This document shows positions 39,140 to 55,816 of a stretch of 64,000 nt of DNA, piece by piece. The DNA is from Tubulanus polymorphus (taxonomy: Eukaryota; Animalia; Nemertea), in contig NC_134029.1 in the NCBI RefSeq assembly GCF_964204645.1, forward strand, positions 24,422,950 through 24,486,949, read 5' to 3'. The translations under genes and the position numbers were made by a program. The notes beneath the pieces were generated by a model that worked only from the letters and a program-made list of their open reading frames with translations, was not told where the DNA came from and did not search any database. The number at the start of each line of letters is the position of its first letter. Within the stretch, counting starts at the first letter, position 1.

Positions 39140-41490
39140 ATGCAAGAAGAAAAGAGCAGCTCTTTAGAAACAGTCATTGTTATATTAGCAGGAACGGCTA
39201 CTTTATTTATTGCTGGTGGGAATTACGGAGATGGTATTCTAGTCGCGGAATGGGTTGAATATTTTCATCGCGGTAGCGGAGTTACATCATGGCTCGGTAC
39301 TGTTATCATAGGCATCGGTCTATGCGGAGGTTAGCTATACAAAATCGCTAGAGAATATGTATACGTTTTAATGCTTTGGAAATTGGGTTAAACGTCCGGG
39401 GTTTCATTGAGGATAATGACATAGAAAACACGGCCATTAATCAACTCATGATTTATCGCTTCGAAATCAGAGTACCAAATCAGAGTACAAAAGTTCGATT
39501 CATTTGAAACTTAGTAGAACGTTGGGTTCATTATCATTCATTGGGTTCATTAGTCCAGATAGCGGGCCGTGTAGTTAGTAATGGTATAACCCTGGGAATG
39601 AAGTGTTGCTCCTCTGTTATAGGCCTACACATATGCACCCTGTCGATCAATAATCACTTTATTCGTTATATATTTTATAGCTCCTGTTGTCAGCCTGCTC
39701 GTGAAGAGATTCGGTTTTCGAAAGGTTTTCTTCATCGCTTCAATAATCAACGCCTCAGCAATAACCGTGACGTCATTTGTGTATAATTTCTACCTCGCTA
39801 TAGCACTACGTGTAATTGCAGGTAAACATTCCAAGCCCCCCCCCCCCCTACGACGATGTAAAGCCTGTCACATCGTGGAAATAATAGTCGTCGCTGTAAT
39901 AAATAGACAAAAACCATTGACCGCAAACGGAGACAGATAATAATGAATCGAAGTTTTCTTACAGGATGTGGACTCGCTGTTCAGCAGGATTGTACGTTCC
40001 CTTATGTTCTATGCCGATTCCCCAAACATACAGCCATCGCGCAGGCCATATTAGGAGTCGGTTTTTCGGGAGGAGGTTTTACTTTCCCGTTTATCATAAA
40101 CTACTGTTTGAAGCAGTACGGTTGGCGCGGATGCTGTTTGATTATCGGTGGTATCGCGTCTCAACAGTGCGCTCTAGGACTTCTGTTCCGTCACTGGTCA
40201 AATAAACCACTTCCAGAACACGAGGAAAACCAAGAAGTATTACTGGAACAGAGCGATGGTGACAACAACAAAAGATTTCGTGATCTTCACCAATTAGATC
40301 TTTTTAAACGGAAAATGTTTATAGCTTTTGTGATACATTCGTTTATCTTACACGCGTCTGCATCAGTTATTTATGTGCACATCGTATCAGGATCCAATCT
40401 GTTAATGGGAATTTCGATAGAGCAGGCTAGATTTACTTTATCGTCGATAGCCTTAGCGAATTTAGTCGGTCGATTCGTTATAGCTTTAATGACCAAACAT
40501 CCTCGGATTGATTCGCTTACTGTACATGTAATACTGAACACATTTCTGGCGATTCAAGTTGGTGTGATACCATTTATGAAGGGTTATACGGCAGCCCTGG
40601 CAGTCAGCGCTTCTATCGGCTTTCTGTTATCCGGTTATGGCTGTCTATTTCCACTGATACTTGTGGATTTATTCGGAAATGATTACTTATACATGTCATA
40701 CGCGTACAGTATATGTTTCGGCGGTGTAGGCTTTCTACTGGGAGCCCCTGTTGCAGGTAAAGTACGGCCTATGAATCGAAGTTGCAATTTGTTCCCAGAC
40801 GCCCCCGTTGCTGGCACCCCGTTCCATCCTAAATCGCCTACTCTAGTAGAAATCATCAACCCCAGCATCGAAATTAAGATTACAAGGACGAAGCCATTGA
40901 TATAGCACTCCGATTCCGTGTTAAAAGATAAAATAAAATATTATTAGAATAAATACCCACACTTAGAATAATAACGTTCGATCGAAGTAGTTCCTTTAGC
41001 TGATAATTTATTCGAAGTTTCGACTAAACATTACTTTCATATTCATCTTCAGGAATAGGTATTATTCAGTAAGTGAAATTCAGTACGATATTCCTGACGA
41101 TGATTTAACTTTCAGATATTTCTTTCAACCAGCTTTAAACCGGTGGTCTGCGGCCCCGTAAAAACGCTTATTAGGCCTCACATTATAATAAACGTTTTCG
41201 AAAGTAGCTCAGTAAACATCGGAAGTGCGTAATATATTTTATGGATGTCGTAAAACCCATGGTTTATATACGTTGTGTGTTAATTATTTTCAGGTTGGAT
41301 TTACGACACAACTGGAAACTACGCCGTCTCGTTCTATTCCTGCGCTGGTTTAGTGATTCTAAGTGTTTTAATACTGATTCCCGATTGGATTGTACATATC
41401 AAGAAACTGATGAAAACCGACCAAACTAAAGACCATAAAGAGACGATTATCTCAGCGAATTATATCGCCAGTCTGCGGAGTCTTTCATGA
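39140..41490 (+). CDS. Monocarboxylate transporter (SLC16/MCT, MFS) copy 1; exons 39140-39329, 39681-39821, 39965-40756, 41294-41490
   Basis: APVVSLLVKRFGFRKV, YGWRGCCLIIGG, ANLVGR, GFLLGAPVAG-WIYDTTGNY are SLC16 motifs; phase-1 GT-AG introns. Confidence 0.92.
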
Positions 41491-42014
41491 ATTTGATCAT
41501 TGTTTTATATCGACAGACATCGAACTTTTCGGTAGTGACTGATAGTCGGATCCGGACCCGAACCCGGACTTCCGATTCTGGACTTGAAATCGACCGTCTC
41601 GGACGGATATATTGATATTCAATGTATAAAATTCATGTTTTGATAAATTAAATGTAGATACGTATCGTATCCACCAAATCTAACGTAAGTAGCTTATTGT
41701 TATTCAAAGTATGATGATTAATTCGAATTGATCAGTGTTGGTAACATTAAACCGACTCATTTTATATTTATCGGCTTTTCGCTGTAGTCTGTAATGCACT
41801 TCTTTGATGAAGTTATCGTCTTCGGTCCAATGGGTACTAACTACGTTCAGTATCCTCGTGGTGTCTACGGGAGTCACAAAGATTAGAAGGCAGTGAGTTG
41901 TGTTACAAGGAATTGTCAGGTTTGCAGCGCCACCTCCACCAGTATCAACGTTGACAAACGTTGTAAATCCCATAACTACGAGCATTAATTTCTTGCCCAG
42001 AGAAAGCGTTAGCA

Positions 42015-42130
42015 ATTCTTCAACATGTGATCGGAATAAGCCAGTTTTCTAAGGCAGTTGGAGACGTGATCAAAGGCAGCCGAAAAAAAGTTTCATCGCA
42101 GATCCGTATTAGGCGCGGAGATAGAATAAA
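42015..42130 (-). mobile_element. Degenerate Penelope-like reverse transcriptase C-terminal fragment
   Basis: With two frameshifts reads FYLRA-IRICDETFF-AAFDHVSNCLRKLAYSDHML, resembling the PLE 'RA.RICS...F..L.YP' motif. Confidence 0.4.
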
Positions 42131-42760
42131 ACTTTAGAACTTTATTGAACTCTAAAATCTTACAATAAAAACATTCGAGTGTGAAGTCAGTAAAGTAAAA
42201 ACAATGTGGATAGGATAAAAGAACAAAATAATAAAATCGAAGGGATGGCAGCACAGTAGCCTATGATGTTAAGTATAAAAAGAGCTAAGGTGCCACAATC
42301 ACGAGGCCGACAAAAAAGAAAACTCACAACATTACTTGCGCGGAAGAAGCTTCGAACCAGTTCAATTTTGTTAATGGAAAGAAATGAACATCGGACACCG
42401 GGTTCCATAATCATAGCTTAGACTAAAGACTTATTTATTCATTCTAACAAGGCCTATCTAAAGTTTTAAGACCACTTTGGAACTGTCCTGGCCCCAGACA
42501 TTTTGGTAGGTTTTCGGTGGACTGAAAATATCAAACGAGATAATGTTTGATAATCACTTGTATTCCAATTCGACAGTGAATTTCAAGTATGAAGTTTATA
42601 GCAAAGAATAAGGTCAAAATTTTTACATACGCAACACAAAATGTCATCAGCATATCTTATCCACATAATTAGGTTAAGAGCGACTGCATATGTTTGTTGT
42701 ATTATGTCATTGTAGCTGACGTCTGGTTTCAGTTTGAGATTGAAAAATATCGGTCAAGAA

Positions 42761-45870
<3,110 letters not shown>

Positions 45871-46308
45871 TTATAATTGTTGTTTTAGATCCACAGATAT
45901 CGAACTTGGATTACGACAGTGTTTGGCTTCAATAAACAGAATTTTTTAAGATTCGTTTGGCTTTAATAAAGAGAATTTTCTAATGATTAAATTTTGTTGT
46001 GTTCGATCATCACATCGGAAGTGGCCAACCAGATATAGACCAGACATGCTCCAAAAGTTTCTGGTCGGATGTATGGTCCTGCCGATCGACTAGCCGAGCT
46101 GAGACCCGTAGGACCGATGGTCACTTAGTGGTCACTTTATACGGCTATAATACGGACCGCCGAGACACGCCCGCCGCAGCTTCACTAAGACAACTGGACC
46201 CAGTTCCACACTTGTGAGTTAACTCAGAACTGTGGAACTGGTCCCGCCGGAGTACCTGATTAGAATAAAATGCTGGGATATGTTAATTTCGTGTAAAAGA
46301 TAAATTTG

Positions 46309-46380
46309 TGCGTTCGCCGGGAATCGAACCCGGATCCATTGCTTGGAAGGCAACGATGCTAACCTTTACACCACGAACGC
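46309..46380 (-). tRNA. tRNA-Gly(TCC)
   Basis: GCGTTCG TGGTGTAAAGGTTAGCATC GTTGC-CTTCCAA-GCAAT GGAT CCGGG-TTCGATT-CCCGG CGAACGC A; intact cloverleaf, A/B boxes, downstream TTTT. Confidence 0.95.
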
Positions 46381-47579
46381 CACTTGCTGGCGTTTCAATT
46401 CGACTAGTAAGCCATTTCTAACACCCGGTCTCTGAATCTCCCGCCCTCTGAATGTTGCATATCGTGTTTTAACAAATGGTAACATACCTTGTATGAAATT
46501 ATGGGATAGTTAAATTGTTATTGGAAAATATTGTAATAATCATGAATGGATTGTTTATGTTGTTGTTGCAATATTTTTCATCTGATGATAAAATCATGTA
46601 AAGATTTTCGATAAACCTAATGTTTGTTTGTTTATAAACCTCTATTTATGATGGAACGCAGTTTTTACTGGTTTCATTGAGTCTGGAGTCATCTGTTTGC
46701 TCAAAAACATAAATAAGTTTGTTGTTTGTTTTAAATCGGTGCTAGTAATGATAACCTGTTTCTCCGCAGCGGCCGGGCCGTTTTAGTAAACTACAATAAA
46801 ATTTGTAATCAGTTCATTTCAATAGGTTAGCCACCGGGTCTGGTAATGGTTAGCCTGAACGTGATTATAAAAAAAGAAATGTGCATGGTAGATAGGCGGC
46901 TGGCTGGGTCAACTTAAAGCTCAGCAGACTGAGAAACAAGGTATCAATATTTTAGCCTGATTACTAGGTTCGAACCCCAGACACCCCTGTTCATCACATG
47001 AAGCCTGGAGAATGCCTAACCCTTTATCAACACGTGCCGGATTATAGATCCTTGCCTAGTAACAATAAATATTTGTCTAGAAACATGTTTACCCAATGTC
47101 AGTACATGATTTGCTGGCTCGACGATAGGGACGCAAGGCTATCAGGACTGGGTCAAAAGTCAAGCATCCCACAGACCGGCAACCAGTATATTCTATCTAC
47201 TTCAGCTCTCAGTTCTCAATTTATATCAAACTGCAAGTCGCCTTTGGTTCGAGTCCGACAGTATTTTTAAATAATCTCAAAATTTGGTTCTCTTTTTTTC
47301 GATTGTGTTTCTTCGAAAACTCGTGAACGACAAATCGTCTTTTAAACCAGTTGCAATGAACGATTTCTCAAAAAGTAGAATGTGATATTTATATTTTTCA
47401 TAAGAGCTACGAGCAATCATCGAGCAATCATCTCATCATGAATGATTGCTCGTATATGAGAGGTTCGCGTGTTAGTTGCTTGTACATGATACGTTATCAC
47501 TAAGCGTCCTAAATTTATTGATATCACTTTTTCCGAATACAGTTCAACAAAGTGTTATAGTTGATTTACAGTAATATCC

Positions 47580-49757
47580 ATGGCCTCAGACAAAATGGTC
47601 GTAAATGAGAGCTCGGATCTGTTGGAAACAATCATTGTCATATCTGCCGGTTTGGTCTCTGCGTTCATTATGGGTGGAAGTTACACCGATGGTATTCTAG
47701 TAGTGGAATGGATGGAATATTTTCATCAGGGAAGTGGTGTTACAGCTTGGCTCGGTACAGCCATCGTTGGAATTTGCTTTTGCGGAGGTTAGTCCATTTG
47801 AATAGATTATATTAGTACAGATTTATAACGATTGGATGAAATAGCGTCAGGACAAACGTTTATAGATTGGGAAATCCCGTGTTTTTTCTGATCCGACTAA
47901 AAGCGATGTACTTTAACAAACAATACATATATGAAATATGGCGCAAACCCTTATGAATAATAGTTGATGTCTAGTTTCCCAATTTCCTTTATATTTTAAG
48001 CACCGGTCGCCAGTTTATTAGTGAAAAGATTTGGTTTTCGCAAAGTATTTATCATCGCTTCAACGATCAACGCATCCGCATTAGCTGTGACGTCATTTAC
48101 GTACAATATATACCTGGCTATGGCACTGCGAGTTTTAGCAGGTAAACTTGCATTTTATGTTTATGTTTAATAGTGAAGGCGAATTTCCATATAGCTAATT
48201 CATTGCACAAATTATCACAAATCACAAATTATCTTCGCGCGACAAGTTAAGTATTCATGCACGTATCTCAGTAAAGCTATTTTTACTAAGTCATTATCTA
48301 TAGTCCGATCTTTTCTTTTCTATTAACCGCTTTAAAACAAGAGCGGTATAAGAATGAAAATTATTATTACATTATATTATTTTCAGGATTTGGTTTAACC
48401 TTCCATTTCTGTGCATTAGGGCCGTATCTACTGTACAGATTTTCAAATCAAGCGGCACTCGTTCAAGGGCTTAGAACAGCTAGTATTTCGTTAGGTATTC
48501 TCACGTTTCCGTTTATCATAAACTACTGTTTGAAACAATACGGTTGGCGCGGATGCTGTTTGATTATCGGTGGTATCGCGTCTCAACAGTGCGCTCTAGG
48601 ACTTCTGTTCCGTCACTGGTCAAATAAACCACTTCCAGAACACGAGGAAAATCAAGAAGCGTTACTGGAACAGAACAATGGCGATAACAACAAAAGATTT
48701 CGTGATCTTCATCAATTAGATCTTTTTAAACGGAAAACCTTCGTAGCTTGTGCAATACATTGTTTTATCATAAATGGAGGATTGTCTATCATATATGTAC
48801 ACATTGTGTCTGGAACTAGAGTTTTATTAGAAATATCTCCTGAACAGGCGAGATTCACTTTATCGGCGATTGGTTTATCGACACTCTTTGCGCGCATCGT
48901 CGTTTCATTTATGGCCAAACATCCACGGATAGATACATTCACGTTATACATAATACTGAACATATTACTGGCGATTCAAGTTGGTGTGATACCATTTATG
49001 AAGGGTTATACAGCAGCCCTGGCAGTCAGCGCTTCTATCGGCTTTCTTATGTCCGGATTCGGATGTTTATTTGTACTCATTCTTTTGGAACAATTTGGGA
49101 GGGAGTATTTGTATATGTCGTTTGCATATAGTCATTCTCTGGGAGGACTTGGATATTTGCTCGGTGCTCCTGTTGCAGGTAACATTTTCAAATACACAAT
49201 ATTTAACAATGAATCGATCACCATGAATCTTCTTGTTCGCGATGAATATTGCTGTGACTTTGATGCGATTTGGAAAATATAAATATTAACGGGTTGGAAA
49301 GATGGAGATTCCAATGTACCGTACAGGTTGTCTTGAGGATGACAATGTAAAGGACTTCTCTCTAAAATGAAGTCAAGTAACAAATGATTTCAACGTTTCA
49401 GGAATATCATAGTCATCAACTATTATCTAATAGTCATCTTCAGAAATACAACTTGTTTATCATGTTCTTTACAAAAACGTGCATCGACATTTCCAAATAT
49501 TTCAACTCTGATATAATAGATTATTCATGCAGATGTATATATTGTGTTAATTATTTTCAGGTTGGATTTACGACACAACTGGAAACTACGCCGTCTCGTT
49601 CTATTGCTGCGCTGGTTTACTGATTCTAAGTGTTTTAATACTGATTCCCGATTGGATTGTACATATCAAGAAACTGATGAAAACCGATCGAACTAAAGAC
49701 CATAAAGAGACGATTATCTCAGCGAATTATATCGCCAGTCTGCAGAGTCTTGCCTAG
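47580..49757 (+). CDS. SLC16/MCT copy 3; exons 47580-47787, 48001-48141, 48387-49178, 49561-49757
   Basis: Same exon structure and motifs as copies 1 and 2. Confidence 0.9.
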
Positions 49758-49896
49758 AGATCTACAGTTTTTTCTCAAATATAAAAAATGTTTATTTTAC
49801 GAAAGCAATTTCTTCCACTTTCATGTTTTATTTCGATCGAATCGTGATCTTCAGGTCATATCACACACTGAGTACAAGAGTAGTACCGGTTAGCTT

Positions 49897-50149
49897 TATA
49901 AGATAAAAACCCACTATCTACAGATTAAGAGAATTTCAAAACAAGAATTTATTTATTCAATCTAAAATATATAGAATACACGACGTTTCGATCTCACCCT
50001 AGAGATCATCGTCAGGTGTGAGACTAAAAACAGGGGTATATATACAGAGGAGAACAGGTTAATTGAGTAAATTGGTGAGTGAGTAAATAATTAGTGTTTG
50101 GCAAGACATGAAGTAATATACTTAGAAAGATACTTAGAAATACTTAGAA
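49897..50149 (-). mobile_element. Penelope-like insertion with an intact minimal hammerhead core (49978-50020)
   Basis: Minus strand ACAC-CTGACGA-T-GATCTC-TAGGGT-GAGATC-GAAA-CGTC-GTGT; 12-bp direct repeats accggttagctt at 49885 and 50150. Confidence 0.7.
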
Positions 50150-51187
50150 ACCGGTTAGCTTGTTTATAAGACGCACGAGTTTCGAATTAAAATAGGCCTA
50201 AATCAAAGTTAAATAAATTATGAGGGATATTTTATCTTATTTCGTTGTTCTGTAATTAATTATCTACTCATTCTGCCTATAAATACTGACTGTTGTTTTA
50301 CCATTGACTCTCTAACCCTACGAGCAACAGCTTAACAGCTCTAACTCATTCGCCCGATGAAGCTGCTGTACACGTTAGTAGCGAAAGCTCACGCGCGTCT
50401 AATAAACTTAAGTATTCTCCGCCTCGTTGACTATCTACTGAATGACTTAAATTTCTCAAAGAATGCCTGAACATTTCTAAGTATCATCCTTCTTTCGAAA
50501 CGTTAAATCCGACGTTAAGTGGCGTCTATGACACGACGGGTCCCTGGCCCCTAACGGGTTTGCTCCCCTTCTATTCCATTCACAACGTTTTTTACAAATC
50601 TGTTTCTTTTTTAGATAGATCTATATATTATCGATGTCTAAGCACAGCTAGTTCTCATTTTGATTTTAATCTATTTCTATCGTAAGTCATTGACATTGAC
50701 ATTGACATTTGCAGCGACTGCCGGACACCGATAGACAAACAGTTGATTCGTTGAAACCGTCAAGGTAGCACTAACGCGACGATCCTGAAGATATTAGGAT
50801 ATAGGACACCTTAGCTCGAAGAAAAATATCGGACTCGTTTTATTCAGTGTCACCGGGATTCTTTGTGTTATTAAGCGACTCGGCACGAGACATTAAATCA
50901 GGCATTTTTTCGACAAACTCGATCTTATTCTGGTTGGCAAGAAGCTACGTATATCAAAACGCGTGTGAGGTATATCTAGACGACTAGTGAATGCATATAT
51001 AATAAATGAATATTGTGGCACCACGGGAACAGATGTCACTGATGAGGGATTCCGTGAAACCGTTTGATATGCCCCCCATATATAGGAATTAGACTTTTTT
51101 TAAATTCTCAGATGTATTAAAATTATAGATAGCCTACTAGGCCTATATACGTTGTGACTCGACACCAGCTGAGCTCTACAGCCAAGA

Positions 51188-54069
51188 ATGGCGCGCAACA
51201 TCGCTCCGGATGAGAATGCCAGTCTTCTGGAGATCATTATCGTTTTTGCGGCCGTTGGATGCGCTGAGTTTATAACCGGTGGCAACTATGGGGACGGGGT
51301 TCTAGTGGCCGAATGGGTCGACTACTTTCACCGTGGTATCGGTCTTACAGCTTGGCTCGGTACAGCTATTCTAGGAATTGCATTCTGTGGAGGTAGGCAC
51401 CTGGTAACAATATGTATTTTCTTTGGTTTTTTTTCCACTGGGTTTTGTATAGGAGTAAACACGCGCGATATCTTGAGTAAAATGTGTTCAGCCCAGCAGT
51501 CACCCGAGTCATACCGGTGTCGAACTAGCAAATTGTTCTTGATAGCTTGAGAGGTCACTCGGATTAATGTCCATTTCATTTGAGAGCATACCGGGTGGCC
51601 TAGCTCAGTCAGTTTTAGTGGTACCTGATAAAAGTATTATTAGGACCAGAAATCACTGGCAGTCGACCTAAAACATCGTTTTTAATCCATTTTTTTAAAC
51701 TGAATTGAAGGATATCCTAAAAGTCTGCAATGAAAGGGGTTCATGAGAGAAAAGAGACTCCATGATTTGAAAGTTAAACAATATTTTTCCAAGTTTGGTG
51801 TGTAGGCATGGAAACATATTGACGGCCGGAGCCACTTTTCTCTTTTCAACCCCTTTCAGTGCAAATTATTTTGGATATCCTTCAATACAGTTAAAAGGGA
51901 TAATAAATCAATGTTTTAGGTCGACTGCCAGTGCTTTCTGGTCCTAATAAGACTTCTATCTGGTATGTACCACCAAAACTGACGGAGCTAGGCCACCCGG
52001 AATGCTCTCAATTCAAGTTGAAATAGGCATTAGGCTTTTAATGCGCCGGTAAAGGTCACAATGCAGCATTCTTCTTCCAAAAAACCGGCAGCATCAACTG
52101 GTTGATGAAACATGCGCAAATAGATAGCCTATATAAATGGCCTATATTCACTCAGTGTGAATATTTACGGGGAATAACAAACGGTTCTTCTTCATTTTCA
52201 GCTCCAGTTGCAAATATGTTAGCTAGACGATTTGGATTCCGTAAAGTATTCTTCATCGCTGCAACAATCAACGCTACGTCCATTGCTCTGACGTCATTTG
52301 CATATAGTATTTACGTTGCTATAGCTCTCCGTCTGGTTGCAGGTAAACAATAAGACATGCCTCGCTCGGTGGTACCTCAATCATTCTCTAGATGTTTTAT
52401 TTTTCTACGGAAGGTTTTCAGCTTTCGGTGTTGAAATTTTGAAAAGTATCAGACCTAAGCCCCTAGTTAAACAGGGTTCGATCTAAGCACTTGTCCGATT
52501 GCCCGGGACAAGTATATTCTCATCTGGGCGAGTAGGTTATCATTATCACTTGTCCCCCGGGCTAGTGCAATTTTATGTCTCAGAGCTTTTTGCCAATCGA
52601 TACAACAGGTGGACTGTCTGTGTAGGGCAAGTAGCTTTTGGAGGGGGCGAGCGAAATTTCATATATGCTTGCCCCGGGCAAGTGGCTTTCATCCCTTAGA
52701 TTTGACCCTGTTAAAGGTAACATAATGAAACCTAGAGTACCGGTATAATGGTAATTCGATCATGTTTCATTATTTTCAGGTTGTGGTCTAGCGATTCAGA
52801 TGAACACGTTATGTCCCTATATAATGTGTAGATTTCCGAAATATACGGCTATTGCGCAGGCGATACGGAGCGTAGGTATAACCGGAGGAGGCTTCGCGTT
52901 CCCGTTCATTATAAACTCGTGTTTAAAACAATTCGGTTGGAGAGGATGTTCCCTAATCATCAGCGGAATAGTCTACCATCAATGCGCTATAGGACTCATA
53001 TTCCGTCGCTGGTCGAATAAACCAACTACAAAACCGGAACACGAACAAGCAGCTCGTGAATCGCTGTTAGACCTCGAAAGCGGCGACGACAATTCCAAAA
53101 AACGATTTAACAATCTTCACCAGTTGGAACTTTTTAAGAAGGGAATGTTTGTATCGTTCGTTATTCATTCGATGGTGCTGCATCTCGCTGTATCTACTAT
53201 CTACGTACACATCGTAACCGGGACTAGAACTTTACTAGAAATATCTACCGAACAGGCGAGATTTACTGTGTCAGCGTTATCGTTAACCGGTCTGATCGGA
53301 CGCTTTTTTGCGTCGTTACTGACCACACATCGCAGGATAGACACCCTGACTTTCTATCTAGCTCTGCATACATCGCTCGCTATCCTTGTTAGCATAATAC
53401 CTTCTCTAAAAGGATACACAGCAGCACTAGTCGTCAGCGGGTGTATTGGATTTTTATTATCAGGGATATCCTTGTATCCGCTAGTTTTACTCGAACTGTT
53501 TGGACGGGAATATTTGTACATGACTTTCGCGTATAGCGAGTGCTTTGGCGGTATTGGTTATCTGCTAGGCGCCCCGATAGCAGGTAATGATACCATCCAA
53601 TACGAGGAGAGGATCCGGGGGGACTTGCGAGACATGAACAACATCAAATCTTTTCAGTGCCCTTTCTCGTTTTGTCAAAGGAAGTTGGTACATTTCAGAG
53701 TGCGTCTTCCTATTGCCTCTTTGGGCATGAAAGCGCCCTTTTGTATATATGTTGCACAGGTTCTTCTTCAAATTGCCCCTGGATCCATGCACCCCTGATT
53801 GTATTCACCACTGTAATGTAAATGATCAAGCTTCTTACTTTCCACGTGTTATCATGTTTTGAAATGTCGTTTCAGGTTGGCTTTACGATTATACGAACAA
53901 CTATGCGATCTCGTTCTATTTCTGCACGGCGGCGCTGATAGTATGCGTCATTATCGAGATCCCTCAGTGGATTGTTCACATGCGAAAACGAAAACAAAAC
54001 CAACAAATAGAAATTCAGGAAACTTTATCGTCAGCTAAATACATATCAAGTGTTCAAAGCCTCACATAG
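51188..54069 (+). CDS. SLC16/MCT copy 4 (more divergent); exons 51188-51392, 52202-52342, 52780-53583, 53876-54069
   Basis: ARRFGFRKV, FGWRG, LIGR, GYLLGAPIAG-WLYDYTNNY. Confidence 0.9.
51580..52010. mobile_element. Long fold-back MITE (about 430 bp) in MCT4 intron 1
   Basis: ttgagagcataccgggtggcctagctc...aaaaggggttc / aacccctttca...gagctaggccacccggaatgctctcaa, long inverted arms. Confidence 0.85.
52472..52710. mobile_element. MITE with CAGGGT..ATCTAAG / CTTAGAT..ACCCTG TIRs, flanked by TTAAA on both sides
   Basis: TIRs, direct flanking repeat, second copy inverted at 54345-54601. Confidence 0.8.
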
Positions 54070-54344
54070 AATGAACCACTATACATAGAACGACGAACCA
54101 CGATAATTAAATAGATAATGTTTTCATTTTTAACAAATTGCGATTCTTCATTCAGTCGAATATATAAAAGTCTATAACTTTAGAGCGAAGATAGCGGTGA
54201 CCGAACTACACGTATATACACGACAGTGTCCTCCTCATCTGCCTCGCGATACAATTTCGTACGATTTGAAAACCAGTTTAACCGAATCCTTCAATACTTA
54301 TTGTGAGAAGTTTTAAAAAATATGGCGATAACGAATGTCTGGTG

Positions 54345-54601
54345 CTGATCCGATCTAAGGAATGAAAGCCACTTGCCCGGGGGCAAGCATATCTGAAATT
54401 TCACTCGCCCCCCTCCAAAAGCTACTCGCCCTACACAGGCAGTCCGACTGGTGGCGCTATCATCCATCGTATCGAGTGGGAAAAAAGCTTTGTGACATAA
54501 AATTACACTAGCCCGGGGGACAAGTGATAATGATAACCTACTTGCCCTGATGAGCATATACTTGTCCCGGGCAATCGGACAAGTGCTTAGATCGGACCCG
54601 T
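54345..54601. mobile_element. Second (inverted) copy of the 52472 MITE
   Basis: Reverse-complement similarity over about 240 bp. Confidence 0.8.
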
Positions 54602-54932
54602 GAGTTCATTTTCAATGTAGAAATCTTGAGATAAAGCCCAGCAGGATTCAGTTTCACGAAAAAGTTTAATTCAAATTTTTGGTTTCATTGCTATTGGTAA
54701 CTTCATGATTTCAATGAGGCCAACAATTCAAACTCAACGGATTTAAGCTTAAACTTTTTCACGAAACCAGACCCTGGGATTAGTTACAAAAAAAGGATTA
54801 ACTCAAGCGTTTTAAGATGAAGTGAAATATTGAAGAATTTAAATAGGACCAAGAGTTGCGAACCTTTTAGTTAAACCCGGCCTTCGAACTTCACGTAATT
54901 GTTAGGTCGAGTCAGCTGTTTTGATGACTGGT

Positions 54933-55816
54933 TTAAACCTTTTTACTAGCTGCAGCGTTATTATTACTAGCGTCGCTGAAGGCAGTGATTCCTACATTGA
55001 TAACTATGAGAATAAACGAGAAAATGGCGACCACATTACTCATATCATTTGCCACGTGTTCGTGAGCGGATGTTCCTGGTTTCTTCTTTCCTCCTCCTCC
55101 GCCTCCACCCTCTTCATTATCATCCTTATCTTCTTTATGCGACTCTTTATGTCCCACAGCTAGTAACAACACAGTAATAATCACCTCCATTCCGATCGAA
55201 ATGCTCAGCAGAGTTATCAACAAATTGAAATATTCCACTTCGTTTTTGCCGCGGCTCAGGGTTGTCCTCAGTTGTGTAATGTTTGAAGTCAGCAGCGTCA
55301 AGTTGGACAAATTGTGAACGTTAGTTTTCTTCGTATTGTAACTTTTCTTCGAGACGACCCCGCGCTTTTTAGATTTCGCTTCAGGTTTTGACGATGACAT
55401 CTTCCCTTTAGAATCGGTGCCTCCATAAATCTGTTTAGTTTTATCGTCGATCAAAGATTGATCCGCTTTAGAACCGGGCGATTCCTTCATGAAAAAAATA
55501 AATCCAAAATTGAAAAGTTCATTGATTCAACGTGAACAATTTTCAAATCAATTCCACATGTAAATCCTCATTCGGAAAATTCTACAAAAGTTTTTAATAT
55601 TTAACATTTTAAACTCATCTGATATTAACCCAATTGAATGGATTTAACTGAATTGACCCGATAATTAAATCTTGATGAATAGGTTTAATCCGAGACAAAA
55701 TCATTTTCAGGTGGTTTTGAGAACATCACATAGGCCTACGAATGTAATTAATTTTAGATATCTATATCAACGAGAACTTATTCAAATTTCGTGTTGTACA
55801 AAACAAAGCTTACCAT
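54933..55816 (-). CDS. Ninjurin-family protein A; probable ATG-only first coding exon 55816-55814 spliced to 55484-54933 (alternatively ATG at 55490)
   Basis: YNTKKT..LTLLTSNITQLR..YFNLLITLLSISI..VLLL..SNVVAIFSFILIVINVGITAF matches the ninjurin pattern YxxKK..LLxxNxxQL..SISL..N....VNV.I.AF. Confidence 0.85.

Noticed and set aside
41704-42015. 103-aa minus-strand ORF
   Set aside because: No recognisable domain; adjacent to a degenerate retroelement fragment
46895-47025. B-box-like GGTTCGAACC suggesting a second tRNA
   Set aside because: No cloverleaf; at most a decayed tRNA-derived SINE
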